DNA of 64,000 bases from Saccostrea echinata (Eukaryota): NCBI RefSeq assembly GCF_033153115.1, contig NW_026889751.1:1488001-1552000 (forward strand), in the 5' to 3' direction. Every line of letters starts with the position of its first letter. The stretch's first letter is position 1. The translations under genes were made by a program, and so were the position numbers. The notes beneath the pieces are model-generated. The model saw only the letters and a program-made list of their open reading frames with translations. It had not been told where the DNA came from and made no database searches. Positions 50,716 through 64,000 of the stretch are shown here, piece by piece.

Positions 50716-52986
50716 TAGTGAAAAATTTCAGAATGTCTGTAGAAACAATCTACCCAAAATGCAACCTGCCAGCATTTCAATGGCTTTGACAGACATCCGA
50801 ATGAGTTCTCAGACTATGATTACTTTGTTCCCCACCGGAACTAGAATTCTAGAGTCAGTTGCAAAAATTTTACAGTTTGGCGAGGACATTATAACCATAC
50901 TCATAAGCTTGTCTCAAAGAAGGTTAGGAACGAAGAAGATAAGATACACTGTATTAGAATTTTTAATGTATGACTAACTTGGCTCCAGATAGGTCTTACA
51001 ATCTCTGCAAGCAGCTCAATAGATACATGCAAACAATTGCCTTGCTAGATGTCCATGAGTAAATAAAGACAAATTTCAAAGATACGTAACCAACGTCCCA
51101 TCCTGTTGCTTGATTAAATGTTGCTGTTTTTGTGTCTTGCAATAAATCTTGATTTTCTAATTGTTGTTTTTATGAATGGCCCACGTATTTTGGTTCCGTT
51201 ACAATATTAAGGTCACTACGACGACTCTATGTTTCTGTAGAGGAGTATCTCTATAGTACAAAATGATAGAGTACTAATTTTCAAACAATTTGTGTGGAAG
51301 ATAATGTTTTTGCAAAGTTCATTTTTCAAGCCATCATTTTTTTTATACAATTTACGAAATTATGGCTTGATAAGACCGCAGGTTTCCAGCTATTATAAAG
51401 CTTTTCTACATTTTTGTCTAAACCCCCCCCCCCCCCCCCCCCCGCCATATAATTTCTTTTTTAAATAACTTTGCAAAAATTTATAAATTAGCCACACCTT
51501 CTGACGCCCTGGCAACTTAAGTTTACATAACTAGAACAATTAATATTGGTTTCTATAATGTCCGAAATGATATTAAATTTTAAAGGTAATAGTTAAAATT
51601 AAATTACTGTTGAAATATAATGACCTTGAAAAAAGAGTTATGAATGTTTATTAACTTCAAACTTTCAGAACAGTTAGATGTGGCATTATTCTAAAAGAAA
51701 AAGATAATAAACAACTGTCCTACAAAAATCCCTTGTTTATTTACCACAAAATACTTGTGATTGTTTTCAGACGGATGTGATTGAATACACGTGTCTGGTC
51801 TCTAAATAGAAGTGAATTGATCTTGGCGTTATGTTACTGAAAGGATTAGGTCATCAATATTCTGTATCTATGAAATATGGAAATGACGTTGTCACGTGAG
51901 AATTACCATTTAAGATCCCAAATCATGAATATCTATGGATCAGTTTCATTTAGAAAGCTAGTGATTAATGTAGTATTATTCCAAAACAGGTAAGTTCTGT
52001 ATAATGTATTAGTATTCAATAATTTTTATTGATTATGGAAACAGTTTTTATTGTTGTTGTGACAAAGTTAAGCTTTGATTTCAAAAGAGCCGTAGCCATT
52101 CTTTTACCAGGTAAATTTAAAGGTTAAAAGCACATGAAAGGCTTTCTTAGGGCCATAGTTGGAATTATCTACAAACGCTTGGCCAAAATTCCGTTTTAAA
52201 CATTTTGTAAGAAAAAGTAGTTAAAAATATATGCAAGATGTCATATTTATTCCAAGTTCTATCTAATCATTATCTTGTATTTAATGTTTACTAATCCAGC
52301 ATACTTTTCTCTTGAGAACATGAAAAAGACTAAGCCCCTAAAGATCTCGAATATCATACATGTATTTACTCCCTAAACAAAATGAATTTTTAAAAAAGTT
52401 ACAAAAGTTTTATGATTTACTTTCTGGCTAGTTAATACTTTTTAGCATTAACTACATCATGCAAAAATGTTAATAATGAAGAAACTTTTTTGAAAGAAGC
52501 GTAATTATACTTGATTTACAGCACTAAAAATTTTTACTTAAACCACAGACAATCTGAAATCCATTTACTTACAATATACAGCCAGTGATGCGCAAGAAAA
52601 GCTTTAATGTACAAAGAATGGCTTTGCGCTGATGAAGTAAGAAAATGGAACGTGCAAGACCATATGCTACGATGCAAATAATGAATCTAACTTGTGAAAA
52701 TAAACATCTTTAATAAAAACAAATTACCATCATACCATGATAAAAAAAAAAATTAACATAAAGTCATAAAAGTGAACAAAATAAAAAATAATAAATTAGA
52801 GATAGGAATAATGGATTACATATTAACATCTTGTTGTTAGATATTGGCTTTCTGTATAGAATTTCCTTCAATGGATTAGCCTGTATAGGATTATGTTGGT
52901 GGATTATGTATATTGTTTAGTGCATACTAGAAGAAGTGAATATTCCTGGATGAAATTAGTTTAATTTCGTAAGTTTTACGGTGGAT

Positions 52987-53286
52987 ACAATGACCTTGTC
53001 AGCACATACAACCTATCATTAAGTCAAATGCTGACCGATGTTTTTCATACTAATTGTTAGGACATTACTTATGCACTGAACTGTCTACGGATTTTTCCGG
53101 GGTTTTTTTCCCGATCATGACAAGGAGCACACGGCGGGTGTGGCCGGTTGGCAGGGGATGCTCACTCATCCATGGCACCTGATCCTACCTCTAAATTTTG
53201 AGGTCCGTGTTTGCTCTGCTCCAAATTTGCATCGTTTCATTGGACTTTCGAGATTGAATACTGTTTGTTATCTTCATATTTCATTT
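52987..53286 (+). mobile_element. Penelope-like 3' end (last RT codons plus terminal module)
   Basis: NDLVSTYNLSLSQMLTDVFHTNC* followed by CACGGCGGGTGT...CCGTGTTTGCTC...TTATCTTCATATTTCAT. Confidence 0.85.
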
Positions 53287-53409
53287 TGTACTGTTCGTAA
53301 AAAATGATAGTTTTTATCAATTATATTACAAGAGAGTTTTTTTTATCATTGCATCCTCTGTATTGCATTTAATTGTATTGCTCTTACGTACTGTGTTCGA
53401 AATAACATT

Positions 53410-54790
53410 TAATTGCTCTGAGAAAGACTCCAACCTTTAAGAAGATATCCAAGTTGAAGCAGGCAGAAATAACACTGGGTTAAGAAGTAACTCCTCTCGT
53501 TCAAAATTGTATGAGGAATGGGGTAGGGATCTTCTACGACCAAGGAGTAAGGTTCATACGTTGATATAATTTTATAGAATAATAAACCATGGCTATTCAC
53601 CTCAATATTTGCATGATTTGATTTAACCTTTTCGCCCATCAAATCATTCCTATAACCTCAGAGCCAATGATGCACAATTCAAAATTCCTCACATTAGAAC
53701 TATATCAGAAGTACATCTTTTATGGAAAGTTTTCTTCCATCAACAATTAACTGAAATATCTTCATTCAAGAGTCTTTTGAATTCTTATTTTTGTTAGGAA
53801 AAAAAAGCCAATGAACTTTTTCATTTTGGAATAAGAAAATACAACATAATACATTGTCGGTTAAGGAATAATGAAAGTAATTTGATGGCAGACTTGTATG
53901 ACCAATGTTTATCAGAAACGCCAATGTGTGAACACTGTACTGATGCTTATACTCTATTTTTTTGCTTGTCCAAATATACAATTTCTAGATATGTACGTTT
54001 TCAAACAATACAAAATATTATTGATTGTGATCATATCTCTGAACTTTATACATTTATTGACTGAGTTCGAGGGCAATATGCGTTTTGTCAGACCCCAATA
54101 ACCAAACTATTTGCCTAAAGCCGTTAGGCCGAAGGCAAACAGTTTGGTTCGAGGGGTCGACAAAACGCATTTTGCCCTAGAACACAGTCAATAAATGTTT
54201 TGTTATACCTTTTATTTAATTTTATGTTTTGACATAATTGTATCTTGTATCTGTCACTTTCGAACACCAACGAATGCAAATGAGATTTAGCTGATCCCGC
54301 CCACATTGTGACGTAAGCGGTCGACAAGTCCAATATCTCACTCTGCGGTCAAACATCGATGATGACCGCTCAGCAATTGCAAAATATTGGAAGTGTTTGG
54401 CTTTTTTTTTTAGTATAGATTTATATAGGAACTAATTTTTAAAGGTATAACAAGAATTATTATTTTATGGTAGTCCGGATCATGGACTCAAAATTAATAT
54501 TCAAATATTTGAAGCAGTACATGCATATATAGCAGCAACAAAACATTCTATTTAAAAAATATGTAACTTTTGTCAGTATTTCAAAACTGGTACTTCTCTA
54601 TTTTTTCCTTCTCTTTTGTTGTCACCCTTTTCACAATGTTTGTTTAATAAATTAATGTTATACTTACAGTGTATATTCATATTGACCTTTTTGTGGGTAG
54701 AGCTCTAAAATAGATAAAAATCATTATGTCTGCTTCTCAATCTCATTCACTTTTTATGAATAAAATTACGTATGTAAATAAAAAAAAATA
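53410..54790 (+). mobile_element. 3' part of a CR1-group LINE, interrupted at ~54050-54453
   Basis: Decayed YNLRAND..KIPHIRT and IIHCRLRNNESNLMADLY..CEHC..KY, resuming after the insert with ELLFYGSPDH..NIQIFEAVHAYI. AATAAA and A-rich tail near 54760-54790. Confidence 0.8.
54050..54453. mobile_element. Fold-back element with two consecutive inverted-repeat pairs (possibly non-autonomous Crypton-like)
   Basis: ~66-bp imperfect arms 54050-54116/54133-54198, then TTGTTATACCTTT (54200)/AAAGGTATAACAA (54441). Its position inside a LINE reading frame shows it is an insertion. Confidence 0.7.
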
Positions 54791-57700
54791 ACTATATGTT
54801 ATCATGAGCAATGTTGCAATTGCTGGCATTTTCTATATGTCGGCATATTGTGCCCCTTTTTGTTTAGGTTGTTTTCCGTTCATTCACTTCCGAGTCACTA
54901 ATGTGTAGCTACAATACACCTCCCGTGCAAGAATATGTATAAACAAAAAAAGTCAGGAACTTTCATAAAATACACCAGAATAGTCAAGTTCTTTTATGAT
55001 GTAGATTCAGAGACGGAATATTTTTCATGCTTTACATACATCTGTTTTATAGGGGACAAAAGTCAATTCTAGTGAATTTTAAAGATTTTATCAAATGTTG
55101 ATGAATTCCTTTTCTTTAGTGAAGATAAGTATGTAACAGCAAGCTAAGAAGTTTTATTCTGTCTGAAGAAGAACAAACTAGTTCAGAAGAAAGAATAAAA
55201 CTCCAAGTTTTAGCAAAAGTTTAGATGTTTCATTTTATTGCCCTATCATTGTAATAGGGAGGTATCCGTTCGAGGTGCTTACTTTCTCAAAATCGTAAAA
55301 GATTCATTTTATGCCCCATATCTGTACAATTACAAATTCAATCCAAATAATACATCTATCCAGAATTTAGTAAAGGTACGAAGCAGACAAGTAAGCGTCT
55401 CGTGTAAAACATTACATCAAATTGATAAAATGTATCGCTTGAATTTCCTCTGCTTTTATTTATGTTTCAATATCAAGAAAAGGTCTGTGAATAGTGGATC
55501 AGTAATATCTGGATAGCAAAGAAATGCCTCTTTCATTAATAAACAAGCTCTGCGTTACCATTTACCATGTTTAAGCCACAAAAAATTGTTACTTCCATAT
55601 TAGTGTAATAAAATGCTTTAAAGCATCTCTAATTTGATTTGATTTTAACACATTTTATTTTGTAATTTAAAAAAATGGATTGGGCAGCAGGCTTTGCTCA
55701 GATAAGCCCTGTCCATAAATCTCTAAATGTTTCATTTCGCCAAATCAATTAGCATTTAACTAAGTTGACAATAATAATTATCTTATTTGAAGGGCATATT
55801 TTTCCAAATACTCATGTGGTATTTCTATGCATTGATTTTAATTTTAAATCAATATGATTTTTTCTGGAAAAATTATCTATTAAATCATCCTCAAGGGCGA
55901 TCATCAAGTGATCAATTGGATTTCAAAATATGAAGTTGATGTCTGTCTATTGTATGAAATTGCTAGTTATTTTGATTCACTTAGAAAACACGGATTGTCT
56001 ATTAAACTGATCAAATTTAAATTGTAAATAATTTTTGTCGATTAATCAATCTTGGTCACTATATAATCAGACTTTACTACATAAACGAAGACAACTTGTA
56101 TGAAATGACACGTGTAAAAAAGAGAACACCCGATCACATTAATATTTACACGTTCTAATAAATGAACAAAGTCTCCATTATAACTTTTAATTTCGAAAAT
56201 GTTTAGACATATCTGGATGGTATAATGCCTTATTTCTTAAAGGGTTACTGGCCTCTTTTTCTCTTGCTAAGATTATGTCAGCATTTAAGAAATGCTGGCA
56301 AAGAAAACAAAAATCATGCATACTTGGTCGCAGCAAATCGTGAGTATGGTCGTTGAAGAATTGGACGACAATGCTTGTAGACAGCTATTAGATAAGCTTC
56401 ATGATCAGCAAACTTGACCATATTCAAATCTTCATGCACAATAAGCAAAATAGCGAGTTATATTTCTTTAGAGAAGTTTATAATTAAATCAGATTCATAG
56501 CTACTTGTAATCGATTGTTGTAATAGTATCATTAATTTCGGACCATATAGAAGAAGGGGGAAAAGGATTTCTGAGCAGCTCTTCATTATTCCATGTGGTT
56601 TTGAAGTTCTATCAAGTGAAGATTAATATATCTAATTAACGTTTACATACAATCACTCGGGAATCGATTTCCTTTGCTGGCCCTTAAATGACCTCAAAAT
56701 ATGAAATAGCCCCTATGTGTATCTGTATCTCCATTTTATTTTATAGTTATGCAGATATGAAATCCATCGTTAATGTAGTATAAAAGGTGCTGATTCCCAT
56801 GGCCCAGTATTTTCAGTTTCAGAGATTGCCTTTTTTAAAAATAGTAATACAGATATGCAATACATCGTAAATGTACTGCAAAAAATAGTTAATTTTCAAG
56901 GCCCAACATTTCATATTAAGAGTTGGCTACATTTACTTTCTTTTAATGCTCCATCACTTTCATGTAACACGTCATTGCTAAAGGTCACAAATAAACCAAC
57001 CAGCTGTTTGCAATTTTTACCAACAGTAATATTAATAGACGATCAAAGTAATTCAGGGAGTAATAAATGTGTAATTAACTCATTTTTTTTTTATTTTTGT
57101 TAAAAAAAATATCTCCAATGTTGTAGAAAATACTTAAATCTCCAGCTTAAATTTGACGTATCTTATTTTATTATTGTCGCAGCAATTTGTTTTATAATAT
57201 TTGAATTTAAAAGAACGAATCTGTTGTGTTTTGTCAGTAGTAAGCCCCACAAGAGTAGCCGGCACTGATAGACATGTTAGAACAATTATTAGGAAAAAGA
57301 CAGTACAATCTGTCAGCCTCCCAAACCGCTTATAAAATGATCACAGAGGCACTCATCAAAAGGCACGTGTAGTTATCATGAAAAACCCCGTGCTTATCGC
57401 CAGCTTTGATAATGGCTACTTATTCATATAAGTATCTCCTACGACGGACACGATGAATGAAGAGGACTTCGGCTGTCAGTCCCGGCGACGTAAAAGATAA
57501 CACTAAATGACAAAAGCTCCGCGTTAGAAGCTTATTGTTGTTCAAACTCTGGACATTTTGGGTTGCTTTTATGTAGAACTGATAAAAAAGCGAGCTGTTA
57601 TGTTGTGATTCGAAAGATAAATCTGAGCATCATTTGAATGAATTGACAATGAACGTGATTGGATGATAGTATCGGTAGTAACAAACTGTTGGGGCAAACG

Positions 57701-59026
57701 TTATTGAACTTATTAACAGTGATAGGCTGTTCAAAGAATTTTATATCTGATCATTTGTTTTCATTTTGACTTACTTTCATTTCTACCGCCCATTTGGTAT
57801 AAATCTCAATCAATACCTAACTCATATCCGTGCATTTCTCAAAAGGCGCTGCCATGTCACAGGGAATCGGTAATCACAACGAATGTGCTGGGGTATATGG
57901 AATTTTCGACGGTGGAAACAATAGATGCTGCAAATAATTTTTTTACTTTTTTAATATACTTGTGTTTTCCCCCCAATTTTTCACTTCGAAAATTTTTTTT
58001 TCTAGCTAAGGTCAACAGATTTTGGAACTAATTACAGAAACAGCATGAGGAAAGAACTTTATAGCTTAGAAATTGTTGCAATCTTAATCTATAAACACTG
58101 AATCAATAACGCCCTCCACAGGTAATTTTCTTGACTAACATAGCAAAAGTAATCTTAAACGAACTCAGTTATAATCCACAATCGACGCGAAGCAAATTTG
58201 GATGGAAAATAAGATGAATTTAGAAGAGTATCTGAAGTTTTCCTTACTAAATATCTCCGCATTTCAAGTCAAGTCGCTGTGCGCTACATGCTAAGTAAAC
58301 GTTTCTTCTGAACAACTATAAATAAAACTTTATCATGAAATGATAATTAAGTTATGTAAACTAAAGATGAAATGTAAAAATTTATCATGTTTGAATATTT
58401 TATTTCTTAGGATATTTTAATTAGGTGAAAATCTAATAACATATTGGAGATGCCGATACAAATTATTTCATATGAATATACTAAGTACTTCATTTACATA
58501 GAAGCCTTATCCAGATTGTCAGAAGAACGTATAATGCTTAAAAATATTGAGTTTCCAGCGAATTGCCAAGTAATGATATATAATTGTTGTTAAGTTTTGA
58601 AACTTAAGTATAGAACATATTGATTTATCAGATGAATTCTTCTTGCAGGCAGGATCTCTCATGCAATCTTAAACATTTCTTATTCAAACATATATATCAA
58701 TATGAAGAACACACCCTGTACGACACGTTATATCTCGTAAAGTATGCACTGTATAAACATTCCTTCAAACTGGTTATTATCATAATGCTCTGGAACTATA
58801 ACTATTTACCAAAGTTTGTTATCCGTCTACACCAAGCTTTACATAAATAAATAATTCTATACAAAATTACATTGTCAGTTTTTGATGAAAGAAATATAGC
58901 ATTGTGCGTTCTATTCCAAGAAATGTCACTTAAAATATATTTATTGATGTCAATATTTATTCTGATATTAAAATGTTAATAAATATATATACGATACTGT
59001 TAAACCCATTTGCTTGAGGATATATA

Positions 59027-60640
59027 CGAGGGTTGATTCTAAAGTAATGTCATAACTGATAAAGAATTTTTGATAATGGAATTTTTCATTATAATACCCG
59101 TACATTAGTGTTAAATCCAGACCCTAAAAAGGGCATGGTAATCCAGTAATCAAAAGGGCACTTTACGCCGCGACAAGTTTTCATGAGGGCACTTTTTTAA
59201 CGTCTTTGAAATTATAAATATTTTCTTATCATGTTTATGTACTTAAATTATTATTTAATACTGAAATCTTTAGTTATACAAGTATCTAAAAGAAAAATTT
59301 ATAAATCTGTCAGCTTAATTCATTTAATACACACTGAGAGGGCAATTATTGCCAAAACTGAAATTCAAATTTTTTAATCAAGAAATTAGTATGGTTATCA
59401 AGGTTATGCTTAAAAAGTAATAGGTGTGAATATTTTTGTCACTTGCTCAAGAATTATTTTAGTCTGGGGTATGATTTTTTCCCCTTGCTTTAATATTGTT
59501 ATTTGTGTATGAGGTAAATAACAGAACAAAATTGCAAAGGGGGGGGGGGCTTCTTGGATAATAAATGTAGAGGGCATTCTCTTTATTTTGAAAATAATCT
59601 ATCAACAAAATCAAGTGAAAACTGATTATACCAAAAAATTAAACTTGAAATAATATATAAATTGGTTAAAACTTTTTTTCTGGCTTAGAAACATTGAGCC
59701 TCTGGGTGTCAAATCAAAAAGTAGAACACAGAATCATTGAACATGTTGAAAGAAACTAACTTCATACTTTGTTGTTTCCTAGCCCATTTCACACATAATA
59801 TTCAGGGTTTTTTGGTACTGTACATTGTAAGTTGACTTAATTCATCAGCAGTTTTATTTTTCACATTTCTTCATCAACTCTGTTTTTCTACTTTCAATTT
59901 AAAAAGAAACGATCCTGATTTAAAATGTGTAACATTTTAATTTACAAATTAATCTATCTTTGACACTGGGCTAATTCTTGCATAATCAATGCAATCAAAT
60001 GATATTTTCTCGTGTTATCTCTTGTACCCTAACAGCCTGAGGCATGTTACCTGGCCAGGTGGCTGTGTGCGTTCAAGCGAGAAGTGATTTCCTGTCCTGA
60101 ATTCACACCTTTGCGTGCATTAAATAAACAAAGGGGCAAATCAGCATGCACTGAATAAACAAAGCCGCTAGTCCATCTTGCCTCTGCTAGGCATATTTAT
60201 ATATTTTTGCAAGGAAAAAAGGGCATGGCGCTGGAAAAAAGGGCATGGCGCCGAGAGAAAAGGGCATGGCGCCGCGCCATGCTAGTTTGCTTTAGATTTA
60301 ACACTACGTACATGTATCTATTTTGATTTTTGCCTTAAAATTTCATACAGTTAAATCGAACACTTTTAGAAATATCAAGATAAACACAGCGTTACTTTTG
60401 TCGGCAAGAACGGTAGAATGAAAACGACGTCATTATGATGTTGCTTTTAGACACTCATTTTCAGTTCATCCGCAACACTTTTATACTCCCACTTGCTTCT
60501 TTTTAATAATCTTTATTGCCATATTGCTATGAAGCGTCTTGTTTTGAGTTGAAATTATTCGAACTCTGAGCAAGTGTTTGTTTCCTAATTCATTCCTATT
60601 GCATAGATCTTATGTATCGTCAGATTCAGGAGTAAGTGAC
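59027..60640. mobile_element. Second copy of the 43106 mariner-like MITE, interrupted by an hAT-like element and truncated
   Basis: TA-CGAGGGTTGAT start; 60314-60620 aligns to 43180-43330 and to the reverse complement of 43340-43520. Confidence 0.75.
59106..60306. mobile_element. hAT-like non-autonomous element, 1.2 kb
   Basis: TIR TAGTGTTAAATC/GATTTAACACTA, flanking direct repeat CGTACAT, and AAAAGGGCA(TGG) subterminal repeats at both ends. Confidence 0.85.
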
Positions 60641-61499
60641 GTTAAAGGTTGACCGATCGTCCACTCACTTCCTCCTTCCTCAGATGAAAAGTTTGTTAAC
60701 CTGACTTAACACAAGTCTTGAAGTATTAATACTAATAAGGAAAATAGTAAACACAATACATGTATTAAAGATACAAAAGTTGCATATATAAGATACGAAT
60801 GTAAATGGAAGTCATAAGATAAACAGATGCTAGGAAGAAGAAAGTGCGTGGAGGATGAGCATTTCAGTCACTTTCTATTAAATTCGACGCTACACTAGAT
60901 CTAAATGTGCACACAGCGAATTGAATATTCAAATAGAATATGGAGTTAAAATATTTTTTTTATGAAATAGTTCAAAACTAGACGCTCCAGCATAATTGAG
61001 AGTGTAAACGTATGTGTGAGAGATTTAATAGATATATTAGTATGGATGAATGACTAGAGTGTTGAAGGAACGCATGCGTCGCCTGCTTTGTAGCTTCATT
61101 AAAGGTGTAAATAAATCTAAGAGTGGTCAACTTTTTATTTACTATTAGCATGATAGTTCATGCATTTGCCTGCAAAGAAAAAATGGCATCCATGGATAGA
61201 ATAAGACCGTGATAGAAACTGACAATCAAAGAAAATATGGTTCACTAACCCACAAATAAATAATTGAATTGAAATTCTTAGAAATAACTATCATTTTATT
61301 AATACGTGTTTCCAACAATCCTCCAAAAGAGATTTGAGTTTGTCTTTACTGAAATTGTAAGTCTACACGATCCATTGTGGAATACCGATTCCGATGTATT
61401 TTCATGGTATTTAAATATCAGATTTTGTTGTAACTGAATATACACTTTCAAAGTACAGAATCATGAGCTCATAAACATGTAAAAATGCTAATTATCAAA

Positions 61500-61913
61500 A
61501 TCTTACCCCTCAAAATTCTCAAGTCATAAGTTAAATTAAACTGCCCAGGGTATTTTTTGCAAAGTAAGTCAAAGGTCAAGGTCAAGTGGATTGTTATGCT
61601 GGTATTTTTCATATTGCCTTATGACAAACAGTGCACATGCTAAATAGCACTGACTTACCTCTTAAATGTCAAAGATATGCTGTATATCGGAACTATGAAC
61701 TTTTTTGAAAAGTAGATACAAGGTCAAGGGTCACGAGGTCGGTTACCATGGTAATTTACAAAAGCATTTGTGCCAAGCAATATATTTGCAAAATAGCAAA
61801 TTCATACCTCTTACTGTTCTCGAGATATAGGGGTGACAGACGAACAGACAGTCAGGCAGACGCCGTTTAGAGTGATCCCTTTGTGCAGCTCTGCTCTGCT
61901 GGCGACACAAAAA
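61500..61913. mobile_element. Decayed Helentron/pearl-like relic (AAGGTCAAGGTCA units, GACA microsatellite, terminal A run)
   Basis: AAAGGTCAAGG at ~61571 and ~61719; GACAGACGAACAGACAG at 61835; ends GCGACACAAAAA. Confidence 0.55.
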
Positions 61914-61964
61914 CTGAGTGCCGAAGAGACGTCTGTGCGGCGATAGATGTTTAATGTTTATTTT

Positions 61965-62604
61965 AACAAGAGGCCCAATGGCCTTAACGGTCACCTGAGT
62001 ATAATACAACAATTTAGAGGATCCATACAGTATAAAATGAACTGAAAGGTGAAGCTTTGTTGCCCAAAAGCAAGAAAAATAGGATGATCAGGATCAACAA
62101 AATAATTAGTCTAGCGTTCAGTAAGTTCATAAATTAGGTTCTAATCTGTTCCCCGTTTGTCATCATCACCATATAGTATATTAACAAACTATCAGTGCTT
62201 CTATACTATTTTAATTCCTTGTTGAAAACTCTTATATTGGCCTCTCTTGGTCTTTGATGAAAATTTAATAAGACAAGTTATTTTTGTCTCATTTTTATTT
62301 ATCTATTACTTAAAAGTCTAACTGATCATTAAAACTACGAAAGTACTTTTTGTATTGTACAATAAAAATTCTTGCATAATTATCTTATTCTATTAACCTT
62401 TCAAGTACATTATTTACAGTGATTAATTATATCAAAAGTAAACGGCAAAGGGGAATAACTCCTCTCAGAAGAATGCAAATTAATAGAGCCCTTGCCAGGA
62501 CCAGATCATTTGACCAAATGGTCCAGATGTTCAAAAATCTGGTAAAAAATACCCTTCCTTATTAAAACATTTATTCTTTTTGCCTCTGATATGTCCAGAT
62601 GCAG

Positions 62605-62637
<33 letters not shown>

Positions 62638-63256
62638 ACAGATTCACTATATTATCAATAGAGCCCCCCTCCCCACCGAGAAACACCAGAGCCTCTGACC
62701 CTGGGACCAGAAGTTTGCTCATTATAAGTTTACAATCACTTTGTTTATCTGCTTAACACTAAAGAGCAGACAAGATTATTGAATAGAATTAATGCATTTT
62801 CACTATATTATCAAGAGCCCCACCCTTACGCCAGCACACCTGACCCAGGGCTCATGCAATTCACTACTCTGGAAGAAGCACTCTTGCTCATCATAACTAT
62901 ACACATAGCTTCTTTGCTTTTTAACCAGAAGCAGAAAGGAATATTTTCAAAGAAATTTCGCTTTTTCACTATATAATCAATAGAGCCCCCCTTCACCAGA
63001 GCCCTTGACCCTGGGGCCATGAAATTCACAATTTGGGAAGAAGCATCCTTGCATATCATAACAATGTACTTAGTTTGTTTAAATAATACCCAGGGGCAGA
63101 GAAGAAGATTTTCAAATAAATCACCTTCCCTATAGGATCTATATAGCCCCGCCCTAGCACCAGAACCCCTGTCCCTGGGGCCATGAATTTCACAATTTTG
63201 GAAGAGGCATCCTTGCGTATCATAACAATGTACTTAATTTGTTTAAATAATACCCA

Positions 63257-63295
<39 letters not shown>

Positions 63296-63429
63296 CACTA
63301 TATGATCTATATAGCCCCGCCCTAACACCAGAACCGCTGACCCTGGGGCCATGAAATTCACAAATTTGGAAAAGGAAGTCTTGCTCATGATAACTATGTA
63401 CTTAGTTAGTCTATTTAATACCTAGGAGC

Positions 63430-63463
<34 letters not shown>

Positions 63464-64000
63464 CACTATCTAATCAATAGAGCCCCTCCCTAGAAGCCAG
63501 AACCCCTGACCCTGGGGCCATGACATTCACCATTTTGGATAAGGCACTCTTGCTCTTCATAACTATGTACTTAGTTAGTTTATTTAATACCCAGGAGCAG
63601 AGAAGAAGATTTTCAAAGAAATAATGCACTTTCACTATATAATCAATAGAGCCCCACCCTAACACCAGAACCGCTGACCCTGGGGCCATGACATTCAAAA
63701 TTTTGGATAAGGCACTCTTGCTCTTCAAAACTATGTACTTAGTTAGTTTATTTGATTCCAAGGAGCAGAGAAGGAGATTTTCAAAGAAATAATGCACTTT
63801 CACTATGTGATCTATATAGCCCCACCCTAGCACCAAAACCCCTGACCCTGGGGCCATGAATTTCACAATTTTGGTAGAGGGCTCAATGCTTATTACAATC
63901 ATGCCAACAGTTTGACTGGTTGATGTCCAGGAGTGAAGAAGAAGATTTTTGAAGATTGCATTAATTTTGGTGGTTTTAGCCCCACCCCTCAGGCCCCGGG
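61965..64000 (-). mobile_element. Helentron/Cg170-like copy 4 (~8 monomers), runs off the window end
   Basis: AACAAGAGGCCCAATGGCCTTAACGGTCACCTGAG start; closely collinear with copy 2 over the non-satellite segment and first monomers. Confidence 0.92.

Overview
AT-rich eukaryotic DNA, almost certainly an ostreid oyster (inferred from the Cg170-like ~166-bp satellite carried in Helentron-type elements, bivalve tRNA-SINEs and Penelope-like relics). The only gene I can support is the 5' part of a FRAS1-like extracellular matrix gene on the minus strand. I reconstructed ten coding exons by hand (21079 to 832; signal peptide plus about five VWC domains; all GT-AG introns with consistent phases). 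The gene continues beyond base 1. The 43 kb upstream is intergenic and dense in nested repeats: Helentron/satellite composites, Tc1/mariner-, Kolobok-, hAT- and piggyBac-like non-autonomous elements, Penelope-like and CR1/L2 fragments, SINEs and minisatellites. Almost all ORFs in the supplied track are spurious or TE-derived. Most interesting observations: (1) 23 copies of TACATGTA, two sites of which are demonstrably TACATG insertions at a TA relative to sister repeat copies, i.e. probable Tc1/mariner excision footprints; (2) a triplicated splice acceptor of FRAS1 exon 3; (3) a conserved folded RNA module at the 3' end of five Penelope-like copies; (4) a dimeric higher-order satellite forming inside one Helentron; (5) perfect fold-back palindromes at TE junctions; (6) a stop-free, in-frame 93-nt intron. 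Repeat boundaries were read by eye and may be off by a few bases.
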